Source of the DNA: Octopus sinensis
Taxonomy: Eukaryota
Length of the DNA stretch: 64,000 bases
Assembly (NCBI RefSeq): GCF_006345805.1
Contig: NC_043000.1
Coordinates: 114,576,001 to 114,640,000, forward strand
Direction of reading: 5' to 3'
Of this stretch, positions 35,276 to 50,559 are shown piece by piece; the first letter of the stretch is position 1, and each line of letters starts with the position of its first letter. A program made the position numbers and the translations under genes. The notes beneath the pieces are model-generated. The model was given only the letters and a program-made list of their open reading frames with translations, had not been told where the DNA came from and did no database searches.

Positions 35276-35528
35276 CCTGTTTCCCTCGCTCTAATACTCT
35301 CTAGTTCTCTTTCTCCCTCTCTTTATCTCTCTATGTCTATATATTTGTTCTCACTATGTGCTTAATATATATATGAACGGTATGCAATTTGCTTCACACG
35401 CACACACACACATATACACACGGGCGCGTACACACACAGACACACACATATAATCACACATACATATACAAGCGCATGTATGTGCTGTACAGATTGTATG
35501 CTTTATGTAGTAATGTATGTGTGTGTAT

Positions 35529-35529
<1 letters not shown>

Positions 35530-35594
<65 letters not shown>

Positions 35595-35807
35595 GTATAT
35601 ATGTGTGTGTGTGTATGTATGTATATCTCTGTATATATATGAATATATATATAATATATATATACATATTCATTTAGATATTTATGAATATATATATATA
35701 TGAATATCTGTCTATCTATCTATCTATCTATCTATACACATATATATATATATAGATATACATACTTATACATATATATAATATATATGTATATATATAT
35801 GTGTGTG

Positions 35808-35862
<55 letters not shown>

Positions 35863-35950
35863 TGTATATATATATATATATGTATGTATATATATATATA
35901 TCTATATATATATATATCTATATATATATATATATCTATATATATATATA

Positions 35951-36030
<80 letters not shown>

Positions 36031-36050
36031 ATATATATATAATACATATA
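35530..36050. repeat. Long (TA)n-rich tract
   Basis: Directly visible. Similar tracts lie at about 8110-8320, 17055-17290, 18960-19260, 37300-37405 and 54305-54378. Confidence 0.95.
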
Positions 36051-36689
36051 TATTTAGACACACCTACATACACGCACACATATAATCACACATGTATTTA
36101 CTGTGAAGATTGTATGCTTCAAGTAGTAGAAATTATCTGAATAGCGGACGAAATGGAATAACATATCACAGTATAAAGGAAAGAAAATAGACAAAGAAAA
36201 AACCCCTATAAATTTGTTCAGCGTTATTTTGGGAAATGGTGAAGTCAGTAGAAGACAGAACCGTGAGGTATAATGGAATCTGCCAGTGCTTCTCCCTAAA
36301 AATATGTGACCTTGTGCTGCTTCTTGGAATATTATTACATAACGCCGAGCGTTGTTATCAGAGCGCATTCGACAAAGTGTATCGTTACGTCTTCATAATT
36401 AATTCTGACTTCATCTGCGGTAATTGCTGCGCCTCTCATTTCATTGCCGTTCACCGAGGGGATCAACGAAGCCTTTTATCTGTATACCAATCTCTTCCTT
36501 CCCTTTCTTCTTGTTCTTTTCCCCTGTCTTCCCCTTCCCTCCCCTCTCTCTCTTTCAGAATCAGTTATGTTGTGGGGCGAGAGACCACTTACAGCATCCA
36601 TTTCCCCAGGAAGAGATGCTGGGTTGAGCGAGGGGTTAACAGCCACACATATATATGTATATATGTATATATACATATATTTAAATGTG

Positions 36690-36721
<32 letters not shown>

Positions 36722-36729
36722 ATATAAAT

Positions 36730-37408
<679 letters not shown>

Positions 37409-37429
37409 GAGAGAGAGAGAGATAAATAT

Positions 37430-37494
<65 letters not shown>

Positions 37495-38176
37495 GATATG
37501 TAAGCAGCCATATGTATACATAAGTATATGTATATAACACACGCACACACATACACACACAAATACATATACATACATATATATATCACATACGTACACA
37601 GTAGCACGCACACACATTTGCGATCTTTTCGCAGGCACAAGGTCATAAATTTGTGGTAGGTGTTAGATCAGTTAGATCGGTTCCAGTTCTTGAAATGTAC
37701 CTCGGTTTATTGAAAGGCAAAGTCGACCTAGATGTAACGCAAGAGCGTAAAAAGCGTAAAATGAAATACTAGAGAGCATTTTGTTCAATGCTTTAACGAT
37801 TCTGAAAGCCATAAGGAATTCTTCAGTCGTCGATTTGACGGATGTTCGCCTTATTCAGTCAATAGGACAGCTTAATCATTGATTTAACGAGTGGAGTAAT
37901 TAAAAATTTCATAGACACGCGTGCCTTTAACATAATTTTACCAAGGTAAATGTTCATGCATGACCGTAAAATGAAGAACCACTAGCCCTTCTAGTAACGT
38001 TACTATCAATGGCCTGGTTATTCTTTGACAATATCTATTAATCACGAAATATTGAAGTCCTACCATGGATAAAGCCTACATACATGAGGCCAATAACGTT
38101 TCTCAGCTTATATTTCGTTTTTGGATTTGGTTGTCAAGATTCTTTATATGAGTTCGTGTGTTGAAGCATATTCTGT

Positions 38177-38363
38177 TGTGTCTGGGGAGAGTCATTTTCT
38201 TTTTGTGCCTTATATGTAAATAACGGACAGAGTCAAACTATTGAAACGGTTTCAAGACTCAACGAAAATTTTAGAAAAATAAAAATAAGAAGAAAGTGGA
38301 AAGTTTACCGTTGAATGTGTTATATTATAAGGCACAAAAAGAAAATGACTCTTCCCAGACACA
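38177..38363. repeat. 38-bp inverted repeat pair
   Basis: 38177-38214 versus 38326-38363, one mismatch. Confidence 0.85.
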
Positions 38364-38599
38364 ATAGATGTTTCTCAGCGTTTCCTAACTAATGATCAAG
38401 GATATACACCCAAAAACTGTGCACAACTTTTCCACAGCAGGTCTTCAGAAGAGAGATTATCAGTAACAGTTTATGTATGGTTATATACCCAGAAAAATGT
38501 AAAGTCATTTTAACATTGATCACCAGTGTAGTCTATCCCTAACTAATAACTGATATATTATCTCTCGCTTCGAAGGATACGGCTTTTGATGTCTTGCAA

Positions 38600-39780
38600 A
38601 CAACTTGCACATGCAAGTGCTACCAGTCAAAAGCTCCGTATACCGGAAGCCAGCAAGTACATGGGGTCATCAGGAGAGAATGCGCGCCGTTTCGGGGCTT
38701 ACCTCTCGACGGCATCAATGCGCACCGGCCCCCCTCACTGATATGAGGCCCCGCTTGCTAGATCAGCAAATTTCACAAACCTCGCAGTGTACATAAACGT
38801 CCTTTCAAACAATCCGAGGATAACCCTTGACAGCGTAATTATAGGTATTTCAATAAGAATCGCTAATTTATCCGCTAATGAGGAAATAGTCATAAAATAT
38901 CGGATGCATAAAAGTGATAGGGCTACAAGTAAACAACCTAGATACCACAGTCAGAATAGGTTCTGTGAGTTTAACAGTGAGGATATCACTAACTGCTCTT
39001 ATGGTGCTTATAAAGGCGGCGAGCTGGCAGAAACGAGAATTCCTATGGTATGCACCGCCCTTTTCTCTCCAGGTTAAATATTTACCTAAAGTATTTTTTG
39101 AAATCCTAAAATCACACTTTCTGCAGCACCATAGATACCACTCTATCTTTAACAAATCATCAATCAAATTGTCTTACTCCACCACACCAAACTTAAGATC
39201 TATAATAGCCTCTATTAATAGATGTAAAATCCAACTTCGGATTAATACACATCCAGACCCTTGTACAGCACCTCATATTAGTCAAAAATACCAACAACAC
39301 AACCAATATATATATATAGTAGAACAAAAAGGAAAACCTGTAATTGTCGTGTACCTAATACATGCTCACTGGGAGGCTTTTGTGTGCGTAAAAATGTGGT
39401 TTATGAATGTGTAGAAACACCAGGGAAACCCCAAGCAATGACCTATATAGGGAGTACCATAGATTTTAGCCTCGGCATCGAGCTCACTTAAATTCTTTCA
39501 CTAAGACAAAATCCAAATCCTCGATATTATTAGCTACACACATACATAATCTTAAACCACGTAATATACAATATACACTGGCTTGGTCCATAATAAAAGA
39601 AGCTCCCCTTATAATACAAAGATAGGCAAATGCAAATTATGCTTAAAAGAATCATTAATTATTCTCCGTCTACACAACTCATCAATATTAAATAAATTTT
39701 CCGACGCCATCTACTCTTGTAAACATAGGTTTTACTCAATATTTATGCATTACAGTTCTAGATAGAGTTGAGAACCAGCT
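38600..39780 (+). mobile_element. Decayed Penelope-like element (RT thumb and GIY-YIG)
   Basis: SSVYRKP, ISIRIANLSANEEI, HSIFNKSSIKLSYSTTPNLRSII, YIGST and KCKLCLKESLII. A SINE head fragment interrupts at about 39016-39037. Confidence 0.8.
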
Positions 39781-40069
39781 TCTACACCCATTGAAACTTT
39801 TTCTGAAAAAAAAACAATGCTCCCTTCCTCTTACCCTCTGCCTATAGAGCCATCAATTGCCTTATTTTATCGTGCGTTGTATCGCTTACTCCAACCACTC
39901 AAAAACACTTCCACTCTCCGTTCTTTTGCATATAGCTCTATAAAAACACCCAGTAAGTAATTCTAATTTGAAAAACGCAGTATATGTGAGTCTGTTTAGG
40001 ATTTTATTTTTTCCTGATGAAGGAGGTGGTGCCCAGTAATGGATGTAAATACCTTTCCTATGACTGGAC

Positions 40070-40107
<38 letters not shown>

Positions 40108-40110
40108 ATC

Positions 40111-40142
<32 letters not shown>

Positions 40143-40160
40143 CATACATACATACATACA

Positions 40161-40192
<32 letters not shown>

Positions 40193-40439
40193 CACACAAA
40201 CACGTGCATGCATTCAGCCATGCAAGCATTGATGCAGTTATATGTACGACAAATCTACAACCGGATGCCTCACATCCTGGAGGTAAATTTGAAGATAACT
40301 TTTAGAAGAGTAAAACAAGATCTTGACCGAACTTGAGCCGCATGTGAACGTAGTGGTTGACTCAGAAACCATATTCTCTTGAGAATGTCTCTATATGAAT
40401 AAAATGCAGAATTCCCATTTTCTCATTTGATGTTCTTGG

Positions 40440-41560
40440 GGCAAATAATTCCCGACCCGAATGGGAGCAAAACACATTTTAGAGCTGTGTTTCACAAATA
40501 ATATGGCTCTCATTCATAATGTGAAGGTAATGCCGACGAGCTTCTCAGACCATAATGTAGTAAAGCTACATGTGATGTAAAAGAATCGGTAGATACACAC
40601 TCTATAATATGTACTAGAATTCTATCTAACGTGAAGTTATCCCAAAATCAACCAGAAATCTATTTACAAAAAGATTGTCCCAAAGAATTGGCTACGTGCA
40701 AGACGATGACATAAAACTTTAGCAATTTATGCCGATAATGCAAACCATATGCATTAAATTTGTCCTAGAAAGAAATGATAAATATATAATTCCCAGAGAC
40801 AAAAATTCTAATGACACGAAGCATAACAATCCGATACGGGTTAAATAAACAAGTCCCACTTCAAAGCGAAAAGTCTCACTTCTGAAGGACACTCCCGGAG
40901 ATTGAAAACGAAATTAAACATTCCCACAAAAAGAGAAGAGCAGAAAGAGACCAGGGATCACAGGGTATATAAAAACATCTATAAATTTTCAAAAAAATCA
41001 GCTTTGGTACATAACAACGGCTTAAATAAACAAGCCAAAGACAACAGAGAAAAGTCTCACTTCAAAAGTGCACCCCTGGAAATTGAAAACGAAATCAAAC
41101 ATTCCCACGAAAAGGGAAGATCGGAAAGAGAACGGGGATCATAGAGTATATAAAAACATCTATACATTTGCAAATGTATCAGCTTTGGTACATTCCAAAG
41201 TAAGCGTCTTTGTTGTAAGGAAATGGCTTAGTGACTGCTGACCTCAAAAGGTTAAATGAAATACGAAATTAATAATTCAAACGTATTTTCCATCTCCTCG
41301 GTGGGAGACATGCAAATAACTAAACCAAATGAGTTCGCTAACACTACGGTTCTATAGAGAGAATTGGCAATCATTGATTGCATAATATATAAAAGCGGAA
41401 GATGTAATATCATTTATTAATAAAATCAGTTTCAATTTAGCAACAGGTCCCAGTGGTTTCCGGGCAATTCGCTTAAAACATATATGCAGGATTTAGCAAA
41501 ACCAATCAAGATATCTTTTCCAAACGTTGCAAGTAGAATATTTTCCCCAAAGAATTAAAA
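40440..41560 (+). mobile_element. Heavily decayed CR1-like LINE with an internal tandem duplication of about 180 bp
   Basis: ILELCFTNN, SFSDHNVV and ATGPSGF-like motifs. Duplicated block at about 40840-41012 and 41015-41192. Confidence 0.6.
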
Positions 41561-41815
41561 GAAGGAAGAAACAGAGCAGACCCTGAAAAGAACAGGCCTA
41601 AATCTGTTTATCATTAGAAAGAGGCTGAAATTTCTAACTGACATGTAATATGGTTTCCATTTAGAAAGACATTTTCTTTAGTATTATTATGACTGAGTTA
41701 AGGCAGCGAGCTGGTAGAACCGTTAGTGCATCGGACAAAGTGCTTAGTGGCATTTCGTTGGTCATTACATTCTGTGTTCGAATCCCGCCGAGTTCAACTT
41801 TGCTCCTTCCTCATA

Positions 41816-41955
41816 GTCATCCGCTGCATGTGTTGCTACGGACATGTCCTCCGCCTTCCGCCAGATTATCTTACCAGGGCTTTAGTCTCATTCGACGCAG
41901 GAGCTGCGCGCTGGGAGAGGTCCCGGGACAGGCCCTGCACCAGAAGGCTGGACGT
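41816..41955 (+). mobile_element. RTE-like LINE 3' fragment between SINEs
   Basis: CCYGHVLRLPPDYLTRAL...ERSRDRPCTRRLD. Confidence 0.6.
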
Positions 41956-41961
41956 AATGGA

Positions 41962-42362
41962 GGCGGCGAGCTGGCCGAAACGTTAGCACACCGGGCGAAA
42001 TGCTTAGCGGTATTTCGTCTGCCGTTACGTTCTAAGTTCAAATTCCGCCGAGGTCGACTTTGCCTTTCATCCTTTCGGGGTCGATAAATTAAGTACCAGT
42101 TACGCACTGGGGTCGATGTAATTGACTTAATCCGTTTGTTTGTCCTTGTGTGTGCCCTCTGTGTTTAGCCCCTTGTGGGTAGTAAAGAAATAGATATTTC
42201 GTCTGTCTTTACGTTCTGAGTTCAAATTTCGCCGAGGTCGACTTTGCCTTTCACCCTTTCGGGGTCGATAAATTAAGTACCAGTTGTGTATTGGGGTCGA
42301 TGAAGTCGACTGGTTCCCTTCCCCAAAATTTCGGGTCTTGTGCCTTGAGTAGAAAAGAATAT
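41962..42362 (+). mobile_element. SINE family 1 array: head + body/tailA + body/tailB
   Basis: Junction at 42193/4. The last unit has the ctttacg variant and tail ccccaaaatttcggg...gtagaaaagaatat. Confidence 0.9.
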
Positions 42363-42920
42363 ATAAGTGTTTGTCAGGGCGGATTGTGATATCATCCAGA
42401 ACCAGAGAGCAAGAGACCTTGTTCTTTGGAGATAGAGATCCTCAATCGTGTGGACAATTGCTCTCAAATATAGTCATGTCATAGCGTTAAACTAGTGGCG
42501 AGACTTGAAGTAGTCCAACATTGCCTCAATGGATAAAATGCGCTGCAAAGACAATCTTCCTGGTTTAGAATGGATTTACAGGCGGCTGAGAATAAATGTC
42601 TTCCACTGAACCAACAAAAATTCTTCCCTGGTTTTCAGTGTTCTCAGAATCCGCCCTGCCCGCTGCAAATTACGCATGCACGCACGCACGCGCGCACACA
42701 CACACACACACACAATATGTGTGTGCGTGTGCATGTATATATATTCGTTATAATAAACTTCATTATATGTTTATATAAATATTTTTCTGTCCCACTAAAG
42801 TGTTCAAGTGGGAGAAAGGAAAACAGAAAAAATGAAAAGTTAACTTTAGAGATGATGAGGAAAGTAAAATGCATTGTGGTTCTCGGTGAAGAGGAGCAGG
42901 CAGGGGAGAGAGAGGGGGGA

Positions 42921-42951
<31 letters not shown>

Positions 42952-43093
42952 GAAGGAAGAGGAAGAAATCGAAGCAAACGAGTCACACATACATGCTTAC
43001 GTAGATACTAGACAAGGTTGTTTCATGTGCAGATTCAAATGAAAGACGTTTGTTTCTAGGCTTTTCTGAGAAATTAGAAACACACACACACAC

Positions 43094-43134
<41 letters not shown>

Positions 43135-43152
43135 TTGTGCGTGTATGTGTGC

Positions 43153-43192
<40 letters not shown>

Positions 43193-43256
43193 TATCTATA
43201 TGTATGTATCTATGTATATATACATACATAATACATACACACACACACACATACAT

Positions 43257-43303
<47 letters not shown>

Positions 43304-43559
43304 CGTCATAGATTATTATTATGAACAAGTGCATTTGTAAACTTTTGCCCTTCAACTCAGCTGTTTTAGAGAAAAAATTCTAATCTCAATCCCATATACA
43401 CACACATTAACACACGGACACACACACACATGCACACAGAATATCCAGGCATATACAGACACACGTGACCTTACGTCTATATTAACATTATGACGCAACA
43501 ATGAAGTGACATCCAATTTCTTTATTAGCCACAAGGGTTCAAACATAGAGGAGGACAAT

Positions 43560-45920
43560 ACAGCCTGATTGGGATCAGATACACAATGATTATATGACTT
43601 TTAAAATTTTACAAAATATAATGAAATCGAATGAAATCGAATGAGATACAACAAGGACAAAATACAAACATGAAATGAAGCAGAGAGATGGGTTACGCTC
43701 CGACCCCACGAACCCCATTCTCCTACTGGAACTTTTGTATACAGACTTAGAGATGAAAGGAGAAGCAAATATTTCGCTCAATCTGCGAATAAACTCGGGA
43801 AGGTGAATGAAATAAAAACTGACAAAGGCCTATGTTTAAAAAATATTAGAAAATTTTAGTTAACACTATAGCAAAACCGAAATAGACTTCAGAAGATCTA
43901 CTTCTTTCTATACTCATGTTCCTCTGAGAAGGAACACAGAGCTAAAAACACGAGCCACAGAGGGAATAAACCAATCCAAAAGCATGGTGTAAAGTGGTGA
44001 CAAATTTATAAATCTCAGTTGGCAATTAGTCCCGTACAAACTAGGAAAACTCCCAATTAAATACAGAAAGCAACAGCTGACAGCAATTGTAAGATCAGCA
44101 AAATCCAAACTGAAGACTTTAATCACATCATTATCAATTTTTAAAAGCATCGCTAAGGAGTTTGCGTGTGGCTGTGCATAAATGATGTAACATTACCTCG
44201 CGATTAATTAATGATAACTTTTATTTCGAGTGCCAGAAAATGTTCATGTTGGTCATAAATTAGAAAGTTGCCACAACAAGTCAACACAATGTAAAGACTA
44301 ATTCTGTAGCATTTACAAAAAGGTGATTACCAAAGCTCTGTACTTAAGCTTGCCAAGACAGGAGCAAATACACGCGTTGGATTCATATCTGCCTACTATA
44401 ACATATCAAGATTGAATAGGAACTGTAAAAACGATTATTATAAACAGTAGGAGAGTGTGTGGAGCCGAACCGCAATTTGCCGCACACGAAAGCAAGTCGT
44501 GAAACGTGCGAAGTTGAATTGGCCTGTCTCTGCGCAAATTTACTGGCAAGAATGCCGAATTTGGCCAAAAGAAATATTCATATTTGGTTATAGAACAAGG
44601 AAAATCAATCCCCCAAACCCAAAACCTGTGCATCAACGGTCTCTCTATCTCCTCCATTCCACACAGAAAATGTTGCAAGTACATAGATGAAAATGTATCA
44701 TATGAAGGCACTGTGAATAAAGGTAGAGTAACCCTAGAATATTACACCAGATTTAGGAAAATATGGCAGTCGGAATTATCCTCTTGCAACAAAACAATAT
44801 CCCACAATGCATTTTCAGTAACAGTGCTGACCCCAACATTTGGGACACTTGATTGGTCTGAAGAGGAAATCCACCCCATAAATATCAAAATCCACAAAAA
44901 TTCTGACAACAAGTGGGAACTTCCATAGAAAGAGTGATGTTGACAAGCTCTACTTAAGAAACGAAGATGGTAGAGGCCTGATATCAGAGCAGACGGCCTT
45001 CGAATACCGTATGGTATCACTCAGACAGCACCTGCTAAACAACAGCAGCAAAAATAGATATAAATGCAGTGCTGTAAAGTGAAGTGAGCAGCATTGTACG
45101 AGTTGGCAACGAACTCCTAAAAAAAAACCCATGTATGGGTATGTTGTCCAGAAGCTTGAAGAAGACATAGAATTGACACGAAGCGCAGCCTCTCTTGGAC
45201 ACAATACCACTACATTACATCACACTTTGAAGGCTATGCGTTTGCAATCCAGGAACGGAAGATTGCCACAAAGTACTTGGTGAGGAAGAGAGACAGTGAC
45301 GCTCTTATAATCCCAAGGTGCAACCGCATGTGTAGTCTGTCATGTTTCAGTGGAAGACATCACGCACGTGATTAGCAGCCGTCCGAAAATGTCGTCACTA
45401 TATTACCTAACTATGCGGTACGATGTTGCTGCTAAAACAATTTACAATGCCATCCGCAAAAAAGACTGTCCTGAAAAAAACTTAGAAAATCCCAGTTATG
45501 GAATACATTTATAAACACCAACTCAAGGAATACTGGTGGAATATTCCCATCAAAACCTCTGTCAAATATAAGCATAACAGACCGGATATTGTTGTTTGGG
45601 ACAGAGGGACAAAGGTTTGTGTCATCATAGAGGTCAGCTGCCCCGCAGGTATAAATATCTCTTTGAAAATCGAAGAAAAAGAGGATATCTATGGACAACT
45701 GCTTCGAAACCTCCAGCTTCTATATTCAAACCATGAATTCATATTCATAGCACTAATAATTGGAGCACTAGGTTCCGTTAGTAATTGCTTAAAGGAGAAT
45801 CTGGATAATCTGAGATTTTGAGAAAGAGAAATCGACAGGTTAATTTGTACATTACAAGTCCAATCTGTGAGTGGAACAGTAAAAATAGGCAAGAATTTTC
45901 TTAAGTTCCAAATGTGAATT
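43560..45920 (+). mobile_element. Decayed R4-like RLE LINE (second family), followed by (TACA)n
   Basis: VLTPTFGTLDW, EGYAFAIQE, WWNIPIKTSVKYKHNRPDIVVWD..IIEVSCP and IIGALG. Confidence 0.8.
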
Positions 45921-46025
45921 ACCTGTGTTACCTATATCCTAAAAATGGAGCCTTGTATCTTTGTTCGAAACCGGCTCTCTCCTCCGTGGAAGATTTACAA
46001 TAATTAAAAAATAGAAGAGACATAC

Positions 46026-46056
<31 letters not shown>

Positions 46057-47290
46057 CATACATACATACATACATACGTACACACATACATACATACATA
46101 CATACGTACATGCATGCATACATACATGCATGCATACGTACATGCATACATACATGCATGCATACGTACATACATGCATACATACATACATGCATGCATA
46201 CATACATGCATACATACATACATACATGCATACATACGTCGGTACGTTCATGTATACTTACGTACATGCATGTATGCATACTTGCATGCATACATACATG
46301 CATGCATTCATACATACATACATGCATGCATACATACGTAAATACATACATACATACACATATATACATTTAGATACACACACACACTTACATATAATAT
46401 ATATGTGTATATATATATATGTTATATATATATATATATATTATATATATATATAATATATATAAAATACAGAAAGAGAGAGAGAGAAAGGAGAAGCAAT
46501 TATGCAGATAAATAAATTAGACACATTAAATATATTAAATACAAAATATGCATATTTATATATTTTGCATTTCATGTATTTAATATATTTACAGTATTTG
46601 ATGTGTCTAATTTGTTTATCCGTATAATCATCTCTATACCCGCCAAACTGGAGCCCTCTCACAAGCTTTCTTTACTTTGAGGAATCGTTCCCCTGTAGAG
46701 ATATCGGAGTCTAAGTTTGAATCTTTGGAGCACTAGTGTCTTCTTATACGGAGAATCACTGGATCTCTTCCGTTAACTACATACATACATACATACATAC
46801 ATACATACATACATACATACATACATACATACATACGTACATACATACGTACATACATACATAATACATACATACATACATTCATACATATATACATACA
46901 TACATACATACATACATACATACAGACAGACATACATACATATATACATATACATATACATACATATATATATATATAAATTGGCCTGCTCGCTTAGCCA
47001 GCGGGATGGCGTCATTTGAAGGCTAAAATAATGCAAAGTGCATTGTGACCAGCGATGTGTAGCAACATCTGATAGCCTGGTCGTAAAAAAATATATATAT
47101 ATACATACATGCATATATATATATATATATATAAGAATAAATGTTTTTATATATAATGAACGTGAAATACAGGAAGGGACGAACACGGAACACAGACAAA
47201 TCATTCGAAGCCTTCAATCTTCAGTCAGACACCGAATCATCATAGCAAATTTCGGCTGTTCAATTCTGATATTTGCTCCAAATACATACA

Positions 47291-47351
<61 letters not shown>

Positions 47352-47556
47352 ATGTATGTATGTATGTATGTATGTATGTATGTATGTATGTATGCATGTA
47401 TATGTGTGTTTGTGTGTGTGTATTTATTCCCCACTACTGAAGCGCCAGTGTTCGCACGTGGTCCACACACACACACACATATATATATATATAGATAGAT
47501 ATATACGTCCTCGCGTTGTTGTGTTTTTTTGTGCTTTCTTGTATAGATATATATAT

Positions 47557-47950
47557 GGCTGTATGGTAAGAAGTTTGCTTCCCAACCACCAACCACGTGG
47601 TTCCGGGTTCAGTCCCACTGCGTGGCACCTTGGGAAAGTGTCTTCTACTATAGCATCGGGCCGACAAAAGCCTTGTGAGTGGATTTGGCAGATGGAAACT
47701 GAAAGAAGCCCGTATATGTATTTATATTTATATGTGCATATGTGTGTGTGTGTGTGTGTATGTTCCCCCCCCATCACTTGACAACCGATGTCGATGTGTT
47801 TACGCCCCCGTAATCTGGCAGTTCGGCAAAAGTGACCGATATAGTAAGTATTAGATTTACAAAGAATAAGTACTGGGGTCGATTTGTTCGACAAAAGACG
47901 GTGCTCCGGCATAGCCGCAGTCAAATGACTGAAGCAAGTTAAAGAATAAA
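47557..47950 (+). mobile_element. SINE family 2 with internal microsatellite
   Basis: Same head, CORE-like domain and tail as 29208-29610. Confidence 0.85.
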
Positions 47951-47953
47951 AGA

Positions 47954-47994
<41 letters not shown>

Positions 47995-48001
47995 TATATA
48001 T

Positions 48002-48032
<31 letters not shown>

Positions 48033-48066
48033 TAGATATAGATTATATAGATATACAGACAGTGTG

Positions 48067-48124
<58 letters not shown>

Positions 48125-48809
48125 AACCTCTCTGTGGTTGCTAGAAATAGTACCAAAATCTCCCTCAAATAACACACCTGCCATAACCGAGAAAGAGCAC
48201 TTTGAATAATGTAGGTCTAAATATACTTCTAGAGAGACATGGGAGTCACGGTTGGAATAATCGGTTGAAATTGATCGGTGATTAACGAAAAAAAGGCCAT
48301 TAACAACACCGACAGTAGCAACAACAACAACAACAACAACAACATAACTAAATTCTGGCAAACGTATTCGTCGCTTCCTTCGCAGCATTTTCATTGGATA
48401 TATATTGTAATTAGCAGTGGACCCTAAAACAAAGAAAATAATCAGAGGTACCTTTAGTTTTAGGATCATTGTGTATCATTCCTGTAAGCCACATTTTGCT
48501 GGTCGATACTTTCGACATGTTCAAATATATAAAATCGTTTTGCTGTTATCTGTTGCTAATAACAACAGATCAATATAAAGTTGTAGCTTAACTACAGGAG
48601 TTACTTCCCTTGACTTTATTTACTTAGTACGTGCAACTGTTACAGAGAGTGACCGCCGCTTATTTGTATTGTGAACAAAGTTCAAAGGACAGTTTTGTCC
48701 TTGCCATATTAGACACAGACACACATGCACATACTGCACATGCATCGCATTAACGTTACAAGTCCCTTTGAGGTAGTCATCTGTTTACAATATAAATCGA
48801 ATTCGTCAA

Positions 48810-49387
48810 GGCAGAGAGCTGGCCGAAACGTTAGCGCGCCGGGCGAAATGCTTAGCGGTATTTCGTCTGTCGTTACGTTCTGAGTTCAAATTCCGCCGAC
48901 GTCGACTTTGCCTTTCATCCTTTCGGGGTCGATAAATTAAGTACCAGTTACGCACTGGGGTCAATATAATCGACTTAATACCTATGTCTGTCCTTGTTTG
49001 TCCCCTCTATGTTTAGCCCCTTGTGGGTAATAAAGAAATAGGTATTTCGTCTGTCGTTACGTTCTGAGTTCAAATACGGCAGGGTCGACTTTGCCTTTCA
49101 TACTTTCGGGGTCGATAAATTAAGTACCAGTTACGCACTGGGGTCGATATAATCGACTTAATCCGCTTGTCTGTCCTTGTTTGTCCCCTCTATGTTTAGC
49201 CCCTTGTGGGTAATAAAGAAATAGATATTTCGTCTGTCTTTACGTTCTGAGTTCGAGGTTGACTTTGTCTTTCATCCTTTCGGGGTCGATGAATTAAATA
49301 CCAGTTACGCACTGGGGTCGATTTAATCGACTGGCCCCTTCCCCACATAAAATTTCGGGCCTTATGCCTAGAGTAGAAAAGAATATT
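48810..49387 (+). mobile_element. SINE family 1 array: head + 2 body/tailA + body/tailB
   Basis: Junctions at 49041/2 and 49224/5. Flanking aatcgaattc at about 48795 and 49388 is a probable TSD. Confidence 0.9.
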
Positions 49388-49577
49388 AATCGAATTCATG
49401 TATGTATGTATGTATGCCCACAAGCGCACGCACGCACACAAGACACAAACACACGTCCACAGGCGCACACACACATACACACTTATGCACTACACGCACG
49501 CACACATATGCAAAAGAATGCGAACATTGAAGAAATCACTGTGTATCCAACTGTACAGAATTTTGCTCGCGTACATA

Positions 49578-49608
<31 letters not shown>

Positions 49609-49829
49609 TACACATGTACACGCACACATATACGTGTATGTAAGACTTCTAAAACTTTACACGTGTATATATGCGTGTGTATCTTTGCCTCTTCTTTCTT
49701 CCCTTCTAACCTTGTATATGTGTGTGCGTGTGTGCGTGTGTGCGTGTGTGCGTGATTGTGTGTGTGCGTGTGTATGTGCGTATGTGTGTATATTTATAAG
49801 TGTTAATATATGTATATATTTTATTCTTT

Positions 49830-50015
49830 AGGTTTAGTCCTTCGACAGCGACCATGCTGGAGCACCACTTTGAAGGACTTATTTCTTAAGCCTAGTTCTT
49901 ATTCTATCGTTTCCTTTTGCCGATCCGCTAAGTTACGGGTACATAAACACGCTAACACCGGTTGTCACGCGGTGATGGGAAGATAAAGACAGACATACAT
50001 ACACAGATACATACA

Positions 50016-50048
<33 letters not shown>

Positions 50049-50061
50049 GTATACACACACA

Positions 50062-50124
<63 letters not shown>

Positions 50125-50238
50125 ACATATATGACAGGCTTCTTTCAGTTTCCATCTACCAAATCCACTCACAAGGCTTTTATCGACCCAGGAAAAGACA
50201 CTTGTCGAAGGTGCTACGCAGTGGGACTGAACCAGCAC
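49830..50238 (-). mobile_element. SINE family 2 with internal microsatellite, partly deleted
   Basis: Reverse complement of the family 2 head and tail. Confidence 0.8.
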
Positions 50239-50559
50239 TGACGCCAAGGACCCTAGTACCAACGCTACAAACCGATACCAACAGCGTCAATGAAGTAAAC
50301 GGCCCTACACCCTACATTACTAGCAACGGTACTCACATCATCGACAGTACCCACGCCACCGCCGGCACTGCCAATCCTACGGCCAGCAACGACCACCACG
50401 TCGATAACAACCACAGTGTCAACAGCCACGGCACCTCCGCCGGACCCGTGCGTTATAATGATAGCAGCAATGACGGCGGTCCCAACAACACCCCTGACAA
50501 CAACATCCCCAGGCCCGGAGCCAACGAGAGATGCACCAGCGATGCGAACACAGCCAGCA

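Noticed and set aside
47939-48469. 176-aa minus-strand ORF with an acceptor-like ttttctttgttttag near 48424
   Set aside because: No donor partner or recognisable protein; the ORF runs through (GTT)n, (CT)n and (TA)n repeats.
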